Shown: piece after piece, positions 1-9,467 of the stretch
Layout: each line of letters starts with the position of its first letter
How positions within the stretch are numbered: the first letter of the stretch is position 1
Origin: Vulcanimicrobiota bacterium
GTDB lineage: Bacteria; Vulcanimicrobiota; Vulcanimicrobiia; Vulcanimicrobiales; Vulcanimicrobiaceae
DNA: 64,000 bases
Direction: 5' to 3'
Assembly (NCBI GenBank): GCA_963723515.1
Contig: CAVRQT010000002.1
Coordinates: 672,001 to 736,000 of the forward strand
Notes under the pieces: generated by a model
Database searches by the model: none
Told to the model about the DNA's origin: nothing
What the model saw: only the letters and a program-made list of their open reading frames with translations
Made by a program: the position numbers and the translations under genes

Positions 1-475
1 CGATCGGTTCACGCACCCGCAACCGCGTCGAGCCGATCTGCAAGGTTGCGCCGGTCAGCGACGCTTCATCGCGGTGAACGTCACCTTCGGCACGTGCAAA
101 GAGGTTCGGCCGGAACCGTAACGCCTCGAGGCCGTAGCCGGCGAGGGCCGATGCCTCATCGAGCCATCGATCGAAGATGAGGGAAATCGGAGCGCAGTCA
201 AAATAATGCGGCTGCTCCGACTTTGCCTCGACCATAACGCCTTTAGCTGCGGCGAACGATCGCGCGCGCTCAATTTCGGCGGTCGTATGCAGCAGATTGT
301 GCTCCTTGCCGCGGTACGCCTTGCCGGCCCGCGCATGCCCGTCGCGAACGATCAGCGCTTGCGCTCGATCGCGCGGGATGCCGTCGTCGTCGATTTGGAC
401 TTCATATAACGAAACGGCAGCCAGGCTCTTGACCGGATAACGCCAGATCGACTGCAGGGTTCCGATACGCGGCAT
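1..475 (-). CDS. MOSC-domain protein (runs off window start)
   Basis: Manual translation from ATG 475: MPRIGTLQSIWRYPVKSL...DR...RFRPNL, the typical MOSC motifs; absent from the ORF track. Confidence 0.85.
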   Translation of the reverse strand, partial: MPRIGTLQSIWRYPVKSLAAVSLYEVQIDDDGIPRDRAQALIVRDGHARAGKAYRGKEHNLLHTTAEIERARSFAAAKGVMVEAKSEQPHYFDCAPISLIFDRWLDEASALAGYGLEALRFRPNLFARAEGDVHRDEASLTGATLQIGSTRLRVREPI

Positions 476-502
476 GAACTTCAAAGGTTAGTCAAGGAGG
501 TC

Positions 503-1471
503 GTGCGACCCTCAAGAAACGGCCGCACATTGATCGCCGCACCTGAATCGCCGGCTGTGCTGCGTCCGCTCTCGATCGGCGAGTTGTTAGATCGCGCCGT
601 AACGTTATTCGTGCGGAACTTCTGGCTGTTTTGCGGATTGACGGCGGTGCTCTACGTTCCGTTAACGCTTGCGCAGTCGCTGATGGGAGACTTTTGGCTA
701 CAGTATGCGAGCATACTCGGAAAGGTCTTTAGCTCTCCGGGAAAACCGCCTGACGTTGCAGGCGATGTGGGCATCCTGCAGCGCGTTGATGCCGTCGCCT
801 TGCTGGAGTTCCTCGTTTGGATCATCGCCGCGCCGTTGGCGGCCGCAGCGCTGACGCACGCGGCGGCTGAACTGGCGGAAGGCAGAACGCCGTCGTTTCG
901 CGATTCCGTTCGTTTTGCGTTGCGACGGTGGCTGGGCGTATGGCTCTTTTTCATCATGGCGTCCTTCTTGCTCGGGGCGCTGTTTTTCGCCGGCTACATC
1001 GGCTTGACGCTGCTGACCTTGCTTACGGTTCTGGTTCTGCACACCATCGTCGTGAGCGTTGTGCTCGGCATTCTCGTGCTGACCATTTGGCTCGGCATCT
1101 TGATGGTCGGCTTTATCGCAACGAGCATCGGATTTGTTACGTTCATCGTTGAAGCGGGCAATGCGCCGCACGCATTTGCAGCGGGTCTCGAGCGAGTGCT
1201 CAATCGTGGATCGCTGTGGCGCTCACTGCTCGTGGGCTTGATTGACGCGGCCGTTGGGGTGGGTTTTTCCATCGTCGCCTACGCGGCCGGTTTCGGGTTG
1301 CTCTATCTGCTCCACACCGGCATTCCGATGATTTTGATTGCTGCGATCGCCTCCCTCATGCAATTCGGCTTCAGCATACTGATTGTCGTCCTGTATTATT
1401 TCGATTTGCGGGCTCGCCGTGAGGGCAGGGACCTTGCACTGATGGCGACACAAGTCGCTGCTTCACGCTGA
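503..1471 (+). CDS. Integral membrane protein of the MoxR/DUF58 cluster
   Basis: LRPLSIGELLD N-terminal motif, several TM helices, C-terminal YFDLRARREGRDL. Confidence 0.8.
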   Translation: MRPSRNGRTLIAAPESPAVLRPLSIGELLDRAVTLFVRNFWLFCGLTAVLYVPLTLAQSLMGDFWLQYASILGKVFSSPGKPPDVAGDVGILQRVDAVALLEFLVWIIAAPLAAAALTHAAAELAEGRTPSFRDSVRFALRRWLGVWLFFIMASFLLGALFFAGYIGLTLLTLLTVLVLHTIVVSVVLGILVLTIWLGILMVGFIATSIGFVTFIVEAGNAPHAFAAGLERVLNRGSLWRSLLVGLIDAAVGVGFSIVAYAAGFGLLYLLHTGIPMILIAAIASLMQFGFSILIVVLYYFDLRARREGRDLALMATQVAASR

Positions 1472-2331
1472 CCGTTTCGAAGCTGAACCGCGGTTTCGCC
1501 GGCGCGGCCTTCGTCGCCGCGATCGCGTGGGGCGCCGTCGCCGCGCAAGCAAGAAGTGAGCTTTCCGTGCAGCACTGGATCGCCGCGAACCAACGTGCAA
1601 TCGCGCAAATGAAAAATCCCCGCAACCGTCTGATGGCGCAACAACGGTTCGCGCAAACCCGCGCCAATCTCACCCGTGAAGAGGGGCGCCGTCTAACCAA
1701 TTCGCCGGCCCAAGATCCACGGCAACTCGCGCGCCGTATTTTGAGCAACGCTCGTCTCTACAGATTCACACAGCCGGCGCGGCCATATCCGCGCCCATGG
1801 TGGCAACGCGCCATCGAATGGTTGGGCGAACGGTGGTCACGGGTTATGCGCGCGCTCTTCGGACGCGCGAGGCTACCGGCACGGCTTAATCGCGGAATAG
1901 CAGATGTGCTCCTGGTCTTGAGCATTCTTATCTTCGTTGCGTTGCTCGGGCGCATCATTTGGCTTTACGGCAGACGCTCCCATTTGAAGCAAGTCGCCGT
2001 TCCGCTAAAGGTTCCTGATAATCCGTCCAGCTTGCTCGATGCGAGCATCCGCACCGCAGAACGAGGCAACTACGCGCTCGCCGTTGCGCAGCTGTTTTCG
2101 GCTGCCGTCGCCTTGCTCACAGTGAAAAAGCGATTCGATGGCCGAGCGAGCGAGACGGCGCGGGAGATGAGCCGGCGCATCGGCTCAGCAGATGCGCGAT
2201 TGGGCGTACCGTTCGACGAGTTGACCGACGATTTGACGCGCGCAGTGTACGCTGAACGGCCGCTCCAGCAGGACGATTGGAAGCGCTCGCTTGGCGCATA
2301 TCGCCGCTTAGAAGGACTCGTCCAAACATGA
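1468..2331 (+). CDS. DUF4129-like membrane protein
   Basis: ORF 1567-2331 extends in frame to CTG 1468, adding a signal-peptide-like segment; central TM; C-terminal T.RE...F..L......VY motif. Confidence 0.75.
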   Translation: MTVSKLNRGFAGAAFVAAIAWGAVAAQARSELSVQHWIAANQRAIAQMKNPRNRLMAQQRFAQTRANLTREEGRRLTNSPAQDPRQLARRILSNARLYRFTQPARPYPRPWWQRAIEWLGERWSRVMRALFGRARLPARLNRGIADVLLVLSILIFVALLGRIIWLYGRRSHLKQVAVPLKVPDNPSSLLDASIRTAERGNYALAVAQLFSAAVALLTVKKRFDGRASETAREMSRRIGSADARLGVPFDELTDDLTRAVYAERPLQQDDWKRSLGAYRRLEGLVQT

Positions 2332-3467
2332 AACGTCTGCGTTTGCGCTGGGACGTTGTGGCGGGCGCCGGGGCGCTGCTCCTCTTTCTCGCACTTGCTC
2401 TGATGCGCGCGCAAGAAGGCGGATCGGCGCGCACTTCAACGCCCTCCACGTTCGACTATGGACCGTCAGGGTATTCCGCGCTCTATCAAATGCTGCGCGC
2501 CGAAGGCGTGGCGGTTGCTCGATTTGAGCGCTCGCACTTGCAGTTGCAAGGCGTTTCGTCCGCCCTCTTGATCGCGCAGGTGCCTTATGGTTCTTTGGCC
2601 GGCGGCGGCTTGGCACGCAACGACGTCATTGCCTTGAAAGATTGGGTGCTGCGCGGCGGACGACTGATCGTTCTTTCGCCGCCGTATGGTGATGAGGGCG
2701 ACACATTGCTCGGAATCCCGGCGAGTCGCAGCGTGGCTGCGCTCCAGCGAGCGGTGCCTTTTGCGAGGCTGCCGGTGAGTGCCGGCGTTCATGCGGTGAA
2801 GGGCAGCTTTGCGGCTGACTTTCGTCTTGATGCGGCGCCCAAAGCGCTGCCGCTGCTCGTGACGGGGCAGGGCATGGTGGCGATCGAGTACCGGTTCGGC
2901 CGCGGCAGCGTTGTTGCGATCACCGATCCGTCAATCTTCGGCAACCAGCGTTTAAGTGAAGATGACAACGCGCGCTTCGCCTTTAATTTGCTTGCGCCGA
3001 GCGGCGTGGAATTCGACGAAGCAATTCACGGCTATACGAGCGGCAATTCGTTGTGGGCGGCCTTGCCTGCGCCTGCGCGCGATGCGGTGTATATAGCGGC
3101 TCTCATTCTGTTGCTTTCGCTGATTGGCAATATCGTGCGCTTCGCGCCGCCGTTGCAAGCGCCGCAAGCGGATGCGCCTGATTCTTCAGCGTACTTAACG
3201 GCGATGGCCCGCCTGCTCGAACATGCCGGAGCCGCTCAACGAGTGCTGCACGATCGGGCGCAGTTCACGTTGCGAGCGATTCGCCGCGCGGTCGGTCTCT
3301 CGGAGCGAACGGAGATGAGCGCGCTGCTCGAACAGATCGAGCGCGCTCCGATTCGTTCCCAGCTCATCGAACTGGATCATCTCCAACGAGTCGACAATCC
3401 ATCGCGCGCCCAGTTGCTGCGTGCGGGCGTACTTTGCGCGAAACTGGACAAGGAGTTCGGCGTATGA
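2328..3467 (+). CDS. DUF4350-like membrane-anchored protein
   Basis: ATGA overlap with previous stop; GPSGYSALY, WVLRGGRLIV, DPSIFGN, FDEAIHG motifs. Confidence 0.8.
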   Translation: MKRLRLRWDVVAGAGALLLFLALALMRAQEGGSARTSTPSTFDYGPSGYSALYQMLRAEGVAVARFERSHLQLQGVSSALLIAQVPYGSLAGGGLARNDVIALKDWVLRGGRLIVLSPPYGDEGDTLLGIPASRSVAALQRAVPFARLPVSAGVHAVKGSFAADFRLDAAPKALPLLVTGQGMVAIEYRFGRGSVVAITDPSIFGNQRLSEDDNARFAFNLLAPSGVEFDEAIHGYTSGNSLWAALPAPARDAVYIAALILLLSLIGNIVRFAPPLQAPQADAPDSSAYLTAMARLLEHAGAAQRVLHDRAQFTLRAIRRAVGLSERTEMSALLEQIERAPIRSQLIELDHLQRVDNPSRAQLLRAGVLCAKLDKEFGV

Positions 3468-4447
3468 GCGAATCGGTGCGCGCGTTGGCCGAACGTCTGA
3501 CGATCGCCATCGGCACCGTCCTCGTCGGTTCAGACCGCAGCGCTTTCGCGCTGCAAATCGCGCTCTTTGGCCGAGGGCATGTTCTGATCGAGGGTGTCCC
3601 GGGCACGGGCAAGACGCTCTTAGTGCGGGCGTTTTCGTTGCTGCTCGGTCTGGAATTTCGGCGGATACAATTTACGCCGGATCTCATGCCGGCTGACGTC
3701 GTCGGGACGACGATCTTCAATCCAAAGACCGCAGAGTTCGTCATGCGTCCTGGACCGATCATTGCCAATATCGTTCTCGCTGACGAGATCAACCGCACGC
3801 CGCCAAAGACGCAATCCGCATTGCTTGAAGCGATGGAGGAAGGCCGAGTCACGATTGACGGTGTTCCACTCGCGCTCCCGATGCCGTTCATGTTGTGCGC
3901 AACGCAAAATCCCATCGAATACGAGGGAACCTATCCGCTGCCCGAGGCGCAGCTCGATCGTTTCATGCTGAAGATTCCGGCCGGTTACCCCGGCACAGCG
4001 CAAGAGCTGAATCTGCTGGAACGTGGCGTGGCCGGATTTGATGCGCGCGATCTCGAGCGCTCGGGTCTCGCGCCGGTGACGAGCGCTGTGGAAATTCTTG
4101 ATGCGCAGCGTGCCGTACGCGCAGTCCATGTCGCGGAATCGCTGCAACGCTACGTTTTCGATATCATTACGGCGACCCGGACATCGCAGCATGTCGCCCT
4201 CGGCGCAAGCCCCCGTGCCGCGCTGACCTTGTTGGTAGCCGCGCAGGGCGCGGCGGCTATCGCCGGGCGAGATTTCGTGACGCCGGACGACGTCAAGGAC
4301 GTCGCGCAAATTGTACTGGCACACCGCTTAATCGTGCATCCGCATGCGGAGATCGAAGGGCTGACCGCGACGGAGGTCGTCGACGGGATCTTAAAGAGCG
4401 TCACGGTTCCAAAGGACGCGAAGGAAGCCGCACCCGCGGCCTCTTAG
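3464..4447 (+). CDS. moxR: MoxR family AAA+ ATPase
   Basis: Walker A GVPGTGKT, RIQFTPDLMPAD, Walker B LADEINR, ATQNPIEYEGTYPLPEAQLDRF. Confidence 0.95.
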   Translation: MSESVRALAERLTIAIGTVLVGSDRSAFALQIALFGRGHVLIEGVPGTGKTLLVRAFSLLLGLEFRRIQFTPDLMPADVVGTTIFNPKTAEFVMRPGPIIANIVLADEINRTPPKTQSALLEAMEEGRVTIDGVPLALPMPFMLCATQNPIEYEGTYPLPEAQLDRFMLKIPAGYPGTAQELNLLERGVAGFDARDLERSGLAPVTSAVEILDAQRAVRAVHVAESLQRYVFDIITATRTSQHVALGASPRAALTLLVAAQGAAAIAGRDFVTPDDVKDVAQIVLAHRLIVHPHAEIEGLTATEVVDGILKSVTVPKDAKEAAPAAS

Positions 4448-4451
4448 AACG

Positions 4452-5783
4452 ATGCGCACACCGTGGCTGCGCGCGTGGTTCGGTCCGCGGTGTTTTTGGG
4501 CGCTGGCAGCCTGCGCCACGGTCATAGCGCTCGGGAGCATCAGCGCCGCCGCGTTGTGGTTGGGCGCGCTCGCGTTGCTGGCGCTCTTGATCTTGCTTTG
4601 CATCGACGCCGGCATTGGTCCACGCCGCGCTGCGATCGTCGTAGAACGCCTCGATGCGCAGCACTTTTCGATGCGCGTGGCGACGGCTTTACGGTACGTC
4701 GTCCGCAACGAATCGAACGCGCTGTGCCGGATCGGTTTGTTGGAGACGCCGGTTGCGAACCTCGAGATCCTCGAGGATGAGGTCACCGGCGAAGTGCCGC
4801 CGCGTTCGAGCGTTGAGCTTGAGCGCGCCGTCTTACCGTGCCGGCGCGGACCCGCGCAACTTGGGGCAGTCTATCTCTGGTACGAGAACCGCATTGGGCT
4901 GTTCCGCCGGCGTCTGCGCGTCGATCTGAGCTGCGGAATCCGCATCTATCCGGATCTCTCCCTGGTAGAGCGATATGGAAAACTGCACGCCCGCAATCGG
5001 CTGATCGAGGCGGGACTGCGCAAGATGCGCCTGCGAGGCGTCGGCACAGAGCTCGAGAGCCTGCGCGAGTGGACAGACGGCGATCAATTTCGAGCGATCA
5101 ATTGGAAAGCGAGTTCCCGTCGCGGAAAATTGATCGTAACGCACTACGACGTGGAACGCTCGCAAAACGTTATGCTGCTTCTGGACTGCGGCCGCTTAAT
5201 GACGGCACGCATCGAGAGCCAGCGCAAGCTCGACTACGCAATCACGGCTGCGCTTTCAGTCGCGACAATCGCGAATCTGGCCAACGATAAGATCGGTTTC
5301 GTCGCCTTCGCAAATCAGATTATCGCCGCCAGTGCGCCGCGCTCGGGAAGGCGCGGCCTTGTTGCGGCATCGCAGAAACTCTATGACCTCGAACCGCGCT
5401 TTGAGGAATCGGACTACGCACGGGCCTTTCTCTACTTGCGCAGCCACGTGCAAAAACGCAGCTTGATTATCCTCTTCACCGATATGTTCGATCCGGTTTC
5501 CGCGGCCGCGATTTTGCTTGACATCACGATGCTTGCGCGGCGGCACTTTGTCGTTTGCGTCTTGATGAGCGATGCGGCGATCGAGAAAGCACTCCGCGCC
5601 GCGCCGCGGGAACCAAGTGACGTCTATCGGGGTGCCGTTGCGGCGACTCTGGCCGAAGAACGCCGTTCCGCCTCTGCCGTCCTAACGCGTGCGGGCGTGC
5701 GCGTGATCGATGTTCCGGCTTCGAATCTGACCGTCGCGCTGATCGACGCGTACCTCGACGTCAAAGGGCGGGGTCTGTTGTAG
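4452..5783 (+). CDS. DUF58 / vWA-like protein
   Basis: ESLREWTDGD..RAINWKASSR DUF58 motif, LLDCGRLM; directly after moxR. Confidence 0.9.
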   Translation: MRTPWLRAWFGPRCFWALAACATVIALGSISAAALWLGALALLALLILLCIDAGIGPRRAAIVVERLDAQHFSMRVATALRYVVRNESNALCRIGLLETPVANLEILEDEVTGEVPPRSSVELERAVLPCRRGPAQLGAVYLWYENRIGLFRRRLRVDLSCGIRIYPDLSLVERYGKLHARNRLIEAGLRKMRLRGVGTELESLREWTDGDQFRAINWKASSRRGKLIVTHYDVERSQNVMLLLDCGRLMTARIESQRKLDYAITAALSVATIANLANDKIGFVAFANQIIAASAPRSGRRGLVAASQKLYDLEPRFEESDYARAFLYLRSHVQKRSLIILFTDMFDPVSAAAILLDITMLARRHFVVCVLMSDAAIEKALRAAPREPSDVYRGAVAATLAEERRSASAVLTRAGVRVIDVPASNLTVALIDAYLDVKGRGLL

Positions 5784-6747
5784 CTTGCGGCTTTCTGCCG
5801 GCGAATCCGAAATACAGCAAAACGCAAATGGCCGTAATCGCGCCCACTGCGATTCGTACGCTCGGCGAGAAGCGTAGCGGTGAAAAGAACGCCTCAATCG
5901 CTCCCGCGACGCACAGCATCGCGCAAACACCCGTGATCAAGATGCCGGCGCGCCTGCCGTTCAGACGCAAAGCATCTGCTCGGCGCATCCGGCCGGGAAA
6001 TAAGATTGCCGCCGCCAGCAGCAAACCCGCACCGCCGGAGACTTGAATCGCGGTCAATTCGATGACGCCGTGCGGAGCGATCGTCGCCCAGAAATCGTAC
6101 CCGAACCCTGCGCCCGTAAAGAGTGCGCCAACACCGCCCAGCATCAATCCGTTCATGAGAAGAATCCACAGCGTGCAGATCCCGAGCGTCATTCCGCCGG
6201 CAAAGGCGATCACGGCGACACGAATGTTGTTCACAATGATCATTGCGGAAATCGTCGCTGCTTCGTCCGGTTTGAAATTGAAGTTCGAATCGTGCAGACT
6301 CTTCTGAATGTGCGGCGGCACGGTACCCGAGGGAAGCATTGCGAGCGCGCGCTCGGGATTGGCGGAGATGGCGGCAAACGCGATGATCGCCGTCAACGCC
6401 GTGATGACGACGCACAAGCCGATGAAAAGAAATGAGCGGCGAAATTCGTTCGGGAACGCCGCGCAGAAGAATTCACTGACGCGCTCGCGTCCGCTGGCAA
6501 CACTTCCGCGATAGACTTGGGCATGTGCCCGCGCGGTGAGACGATTCAGATAGGCGATCAGACGCAGATCGAAGCGATGGCCCTGCGCAAAGGCGAGGTC
6601 CGATGTGACCCAGCGATAGAGTCGCCCAAGTTCGGTTACTTCATCGGCGGAGAGCCGGCGCAGCCCGTGCGACCCGGCACGCTGGACCAATAGTTCGAGA
6701 CGTTCCCACGCCCCGTGGCGTCGCTCGAGAAATCGCGATTCGGTCAA
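5761..6747 (-). CDS. SpoIIM (DUF95) family membrane protein
   Basis: NNIRVA, PHGVIEL, AGAIEAF motifs. Confidence 0.9.
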   Translation of the reverse strand: MTESRFLERRHGAWERLELLVQRAGSHGLRRLSADEVTELGRLYRWVTSDLAFAQGHRFDLRLIAYLNRLTARAHAQVYRGSVASGRERVSEFFCAAFPNEFRRSFLFIGLCVVITALTAIIAFAAISANPERALAMLPSGTVPPHIQKSLHDSNFNFKPDEAATISAMIIVNNIRVAVIAFAGGMTLGICTLWILLMNGLMLGGVGALFTGAGFGYDFWATIAPHGVIELTAIQVSGGAGLLLAAAILFPGRMRRADALRLNGRRAGILITGVCAMLCVAGAIEAFFSPLRFSPSVRIAVGAITAICVLLYFGFAGRKPQATTDPAL

Positions 6748-6753
6748 ACGCTC

Positions 6754-6939
6754 TTATTCGAGCGGTTCGCCGTCGAAGCCACCGCCTTCGGCACCCATCG
6801 GACCAGTAAAAGACGTCGAACCTGCCGTTTTCTGGGGTCGTGACGGCGACATCCGTTCCTCAAAGCCGCGCGTCATTTTCGGCGCAATTAGCGCGCCGAG
6901 CAAGAAGCCGATTGCAATGCCGCCGATGAGCGCGATCAT
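6754..6939 (-). CDS. Small membrane-anchored protein (YtxH-like N-terminus)
   Basis: GGIAIGFLLGALIAPK helix; 61 aa; fills gap upstream of SpoIIM gene. Confidence 0.55.
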   Translation of the reverse strand: MIALIGGIAIGFLLGALIAPKMTRGFEERMSPSRPQKTAGSTSFTGPMGAEGGGFDGEPLE

Positions 6940-6995
6940 CGTTTGCCGGATCCTGTCGGCGGTGCTTCGGTCATCGTACCGAACGTTATTTCGCC

Positions 6996-7724
6996 ATGGA
7001 CCGGACGATTGCTGTTCGCACGCCCGAGAGCATTGCGTTCGACTACGAACTTGCCGGCTTAGGGAGCCGGTTTTTGGCCGTCACGGTGGACATGCTGATC
7101 CAACTCATCTGTGCGATCGCGCTGCTCTGGGCAATGACGGCGTTCGCACTGCGATTCGGCGGTGAATCGCTGCGGGCATCCTCGGGGCGCACCGTCGAAT
7201 CGCTCGCGATCGCCACGCTGGTCTTGCTCGGTTTCCTCTTGTTCTTCGGGTATTTCATCATCTTTGAAATCGCTTGGAACGGCCAAACCCCGGGCAAACG
7301 TTTGATCGGAATCCGCGTCGTACGTGACGGCGGATTCCCAGTCGACTTCATCAGCTCGGTCGTTCGAAATTTGGTGCGCGTGCTGGAAGTGGGACTCGGA
7401 TTTTATGCCATTAGCGCGCTCAGCGCGCTGCTCTCCGCACAAAATAAGCGCCTCGGCGATTTTGCGGCGGGCACGATCGTCGTGCGCGACGCGCGCATTC
7501 AAGTCCCCTCTCTGCCGTTGCGCGCCTCGTCCGAAATTCGACTATCTGAAGACGAACGGTCGCTCATCAATCGCTTCATCGATCGCCGATCGGCGCTTGC
7601 GCCGATGCAGCGCCGCGCTTTGGCCGCACAGATCGCCGGCGTCTTTCGAAATCGTGTCGGGGAGCAGATTGCGGCGCTCGACGATGAAGCGCTGATCGAA
7701 AATCTCGGCGGCCTAAACCCTTAG
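6996..7724 (+). CDS. RDD family protein
   Basis: TPE...ELAGLGSRFLA..VD, GQTPGKR..GIRVV, KRLGDFAAGTIVV. Confidence 0.92.
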   Translation: MDRTIAVRTPESIAFDYELAGLGSRFLAVTVDMLIQLICAIALLWAMTAFALRFGGESLRASSGRTVESLAIATLVLLGFLLFFGYFIIFEIAWNGQTPGKRLIGIRVVRDGGFPVDFISSVVRNLVRVLEVGLGFYAISALSALLSAQNKRLGDFAAGTIVVRDARIQVPSLPLRASSEIRLSEDERSLINRFIDRRSALAPMQRRALAAQIAGVFRNRVGEQIAALDDEALIENLGGLNP

Positions 7725-8401
7725 CGACGCGCCACGACAAAGACTTCGCGAACGCGCGGCGCCAAATGCTCGCGCTCCAACCACTTGTGTGCTTCAGCGA
7801 GCAAGTAGTCGGCGCCGACGCCGATCTCTCGCCGGAGTTCGCCGGCATAGCGATCTAATCCGCGATACAACTGCAGCAAACGCCCTCGATAACCCTCGAG
7901 CTCCCGATATTCCAGTACCTCGAACCCGTATGCAGTCAAAACCGGCTTGTAGTCGCGAGACAAAGATTCGGGAGCTTCTTGCGAGATGGCTTCGGCCGCG
8001 ATGAGAACGGCGCGTCCACCCCTTTTGAGCAGACGGGTGAGTTCTGCAACGAGCGGCGCCGTTTGACAGAACATCACCGCGTCGATGCTGATCACGGCAT
8101 CGGCCACTTCGTCGTCGAGATCAGTATGGCACGCATCGGCGACAATGAATCGCGCGCGCTTCGCCATGCCGCGCTCCTTTGCGAGCGCCCTCGCGTTTTG
8201 GATTGCGACATCCGAGAAATCAACGCCGACCAGATCTGCGCCCGTGCACTCGGCAAGCCAAAGGCTCGTTCCGCCGCTGCCGCAACCGAGATCGACAATG
8301 ACGTCGCTTTCCTTGACATTGAGCGCTTCTGCCGCTCGGGTTAGATCTGAAACGTCAACGGCGCTAAACGGTAGGACCCATCGGGGGAAGCCGTTTTCCA
8401 C
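7721..8401 (-). CDS. Class I SAM-dependent methyltransferase
   Basis: VDLGCGSGG motif I, GVDFS, RLLKRGG. Confidence 0.9.
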   Translation of the reverse strand: MENGFPRWVLPFSAVDVSDLTRAAEALNVKESDVIVDLGCGSGGTSLWLAECTGADLVGVDFSDVAIQNARALAKERGMAKRARFIVADACHTDLDDEVADAVISIDAVMFCQTAPLVAELTRLLKRGGRAVLIAAEAISQEAPESLSRDYKPVLTAYGFEVLEYRELEGYRGRLLQLYRGLDRYAGELRREIGVGADYLLAEAHKWLEREHLAPRVREVFVVARR

Positions 8402-8466
8402 TGCGCCAACGGCGTTGCGGTACGCCGCGCTGCGCGGCGCTAGATGGATCGCGTCAAAGGCTTCGC

Positions 8467-9457
8467 TTATCGCTTACGAAAGCGGTCGAGCAGGTCGCGC
8501 GCGAAGGCGATCGCCTCACTCTTCGTGCGCTCGTAGATCGCACTTGCCTGATTGCCCGACATGTGCCGCCCGTGTTCGTAGTAGAACGTCACGCCTTCAC
8601 CGACGACAATCGTTCCAGCGTATGCGATTGCTCCTTTGATCGCGATGCCCGCCACGGGAATGAAACCGGAAAGCTCACGCGCGAGCATGCGCCAGCCGAG
8701 CCCGCCGCCGACCACCGGCAAGAGTTGCCACGCCCGTCCGAGATCTGGATCCTTGCCGTATGCCGACTCGATGTGCAGCATCAACATCATCTGCAGTGCC
8801 GTGATGGCGACCGTGTCGCCGGCAGAGGCGATTGCTCCGAGCACGATTCCAAAGATCGGCACATGGTCGACGACCGCGCTTGCTAGCGCAACTTTCAACG
8901 CGTTATTGGCGGCGTCGCGCGTCAATTTCGCAGCGACGGTTTCGCGCAATGCCGGTAGACTGCGGCCGACCGCGATTTCGACGCCTTTGCACACCTCGAT
9001 GAGATGTGGAAACACGCGCCCGCTCAGGGCGTCGCGGGAGATCGCAGCAACGACGTACTCACCCCAGGTTGCCGCGCGCGGGTGGCGCCTGCGGGCCGCT
9101 CGCCTGTGCGTCCTCATCGATCACGATCGCGAAGATCGGGAGCCGCGCCGCCGCTAATGCGGCGAAGTGGGCGGCGGCCAAATCAGCGCGTCGGCCCAAA
9201 TAAACGATGCAGCGTGCTTCCTCGGTGAGCACCGGTGGATTCGCGGAATCGATCGTCTCTAAGGTTGCCGCCGCCTCGACGGGCACGATCCCGTCGTCAT
9301 GTCCGGCGAGCAGCAGCGCGCGAAATGCGGCGACGAGCGCCGGATCACCGCAGAGCAGAAATCGAAACGGCTTGCGCGTGCGCGCGCGAACCGCGCGCAC
9401 GTCGATACCGCTGCGGACGAGCCGCAGCAGGTCGCCTGCGCCGAGCGTAGCTGCCAC
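8467..9457 (-). CDS. DUF697/YcjF-like protein, split by one frameshift near 9062-9065
   Basis: ORFs 9059-9457 and 8467-9117 join if one G of a GGGG run is removed; C-terminal LQMML..I..AYG...IPVAG.AIKGAIAYAGT...G. Confidence 0.7.
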
Positions 9458-9467
9458 TTAGCCTCTC

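Noticed and set aside
5761..6747. Evidence for sporulation from the SpoIIM-family gene
   Set aside because: This subfamily travels with MoxR/RDD clusters in non-sporulating bacteria
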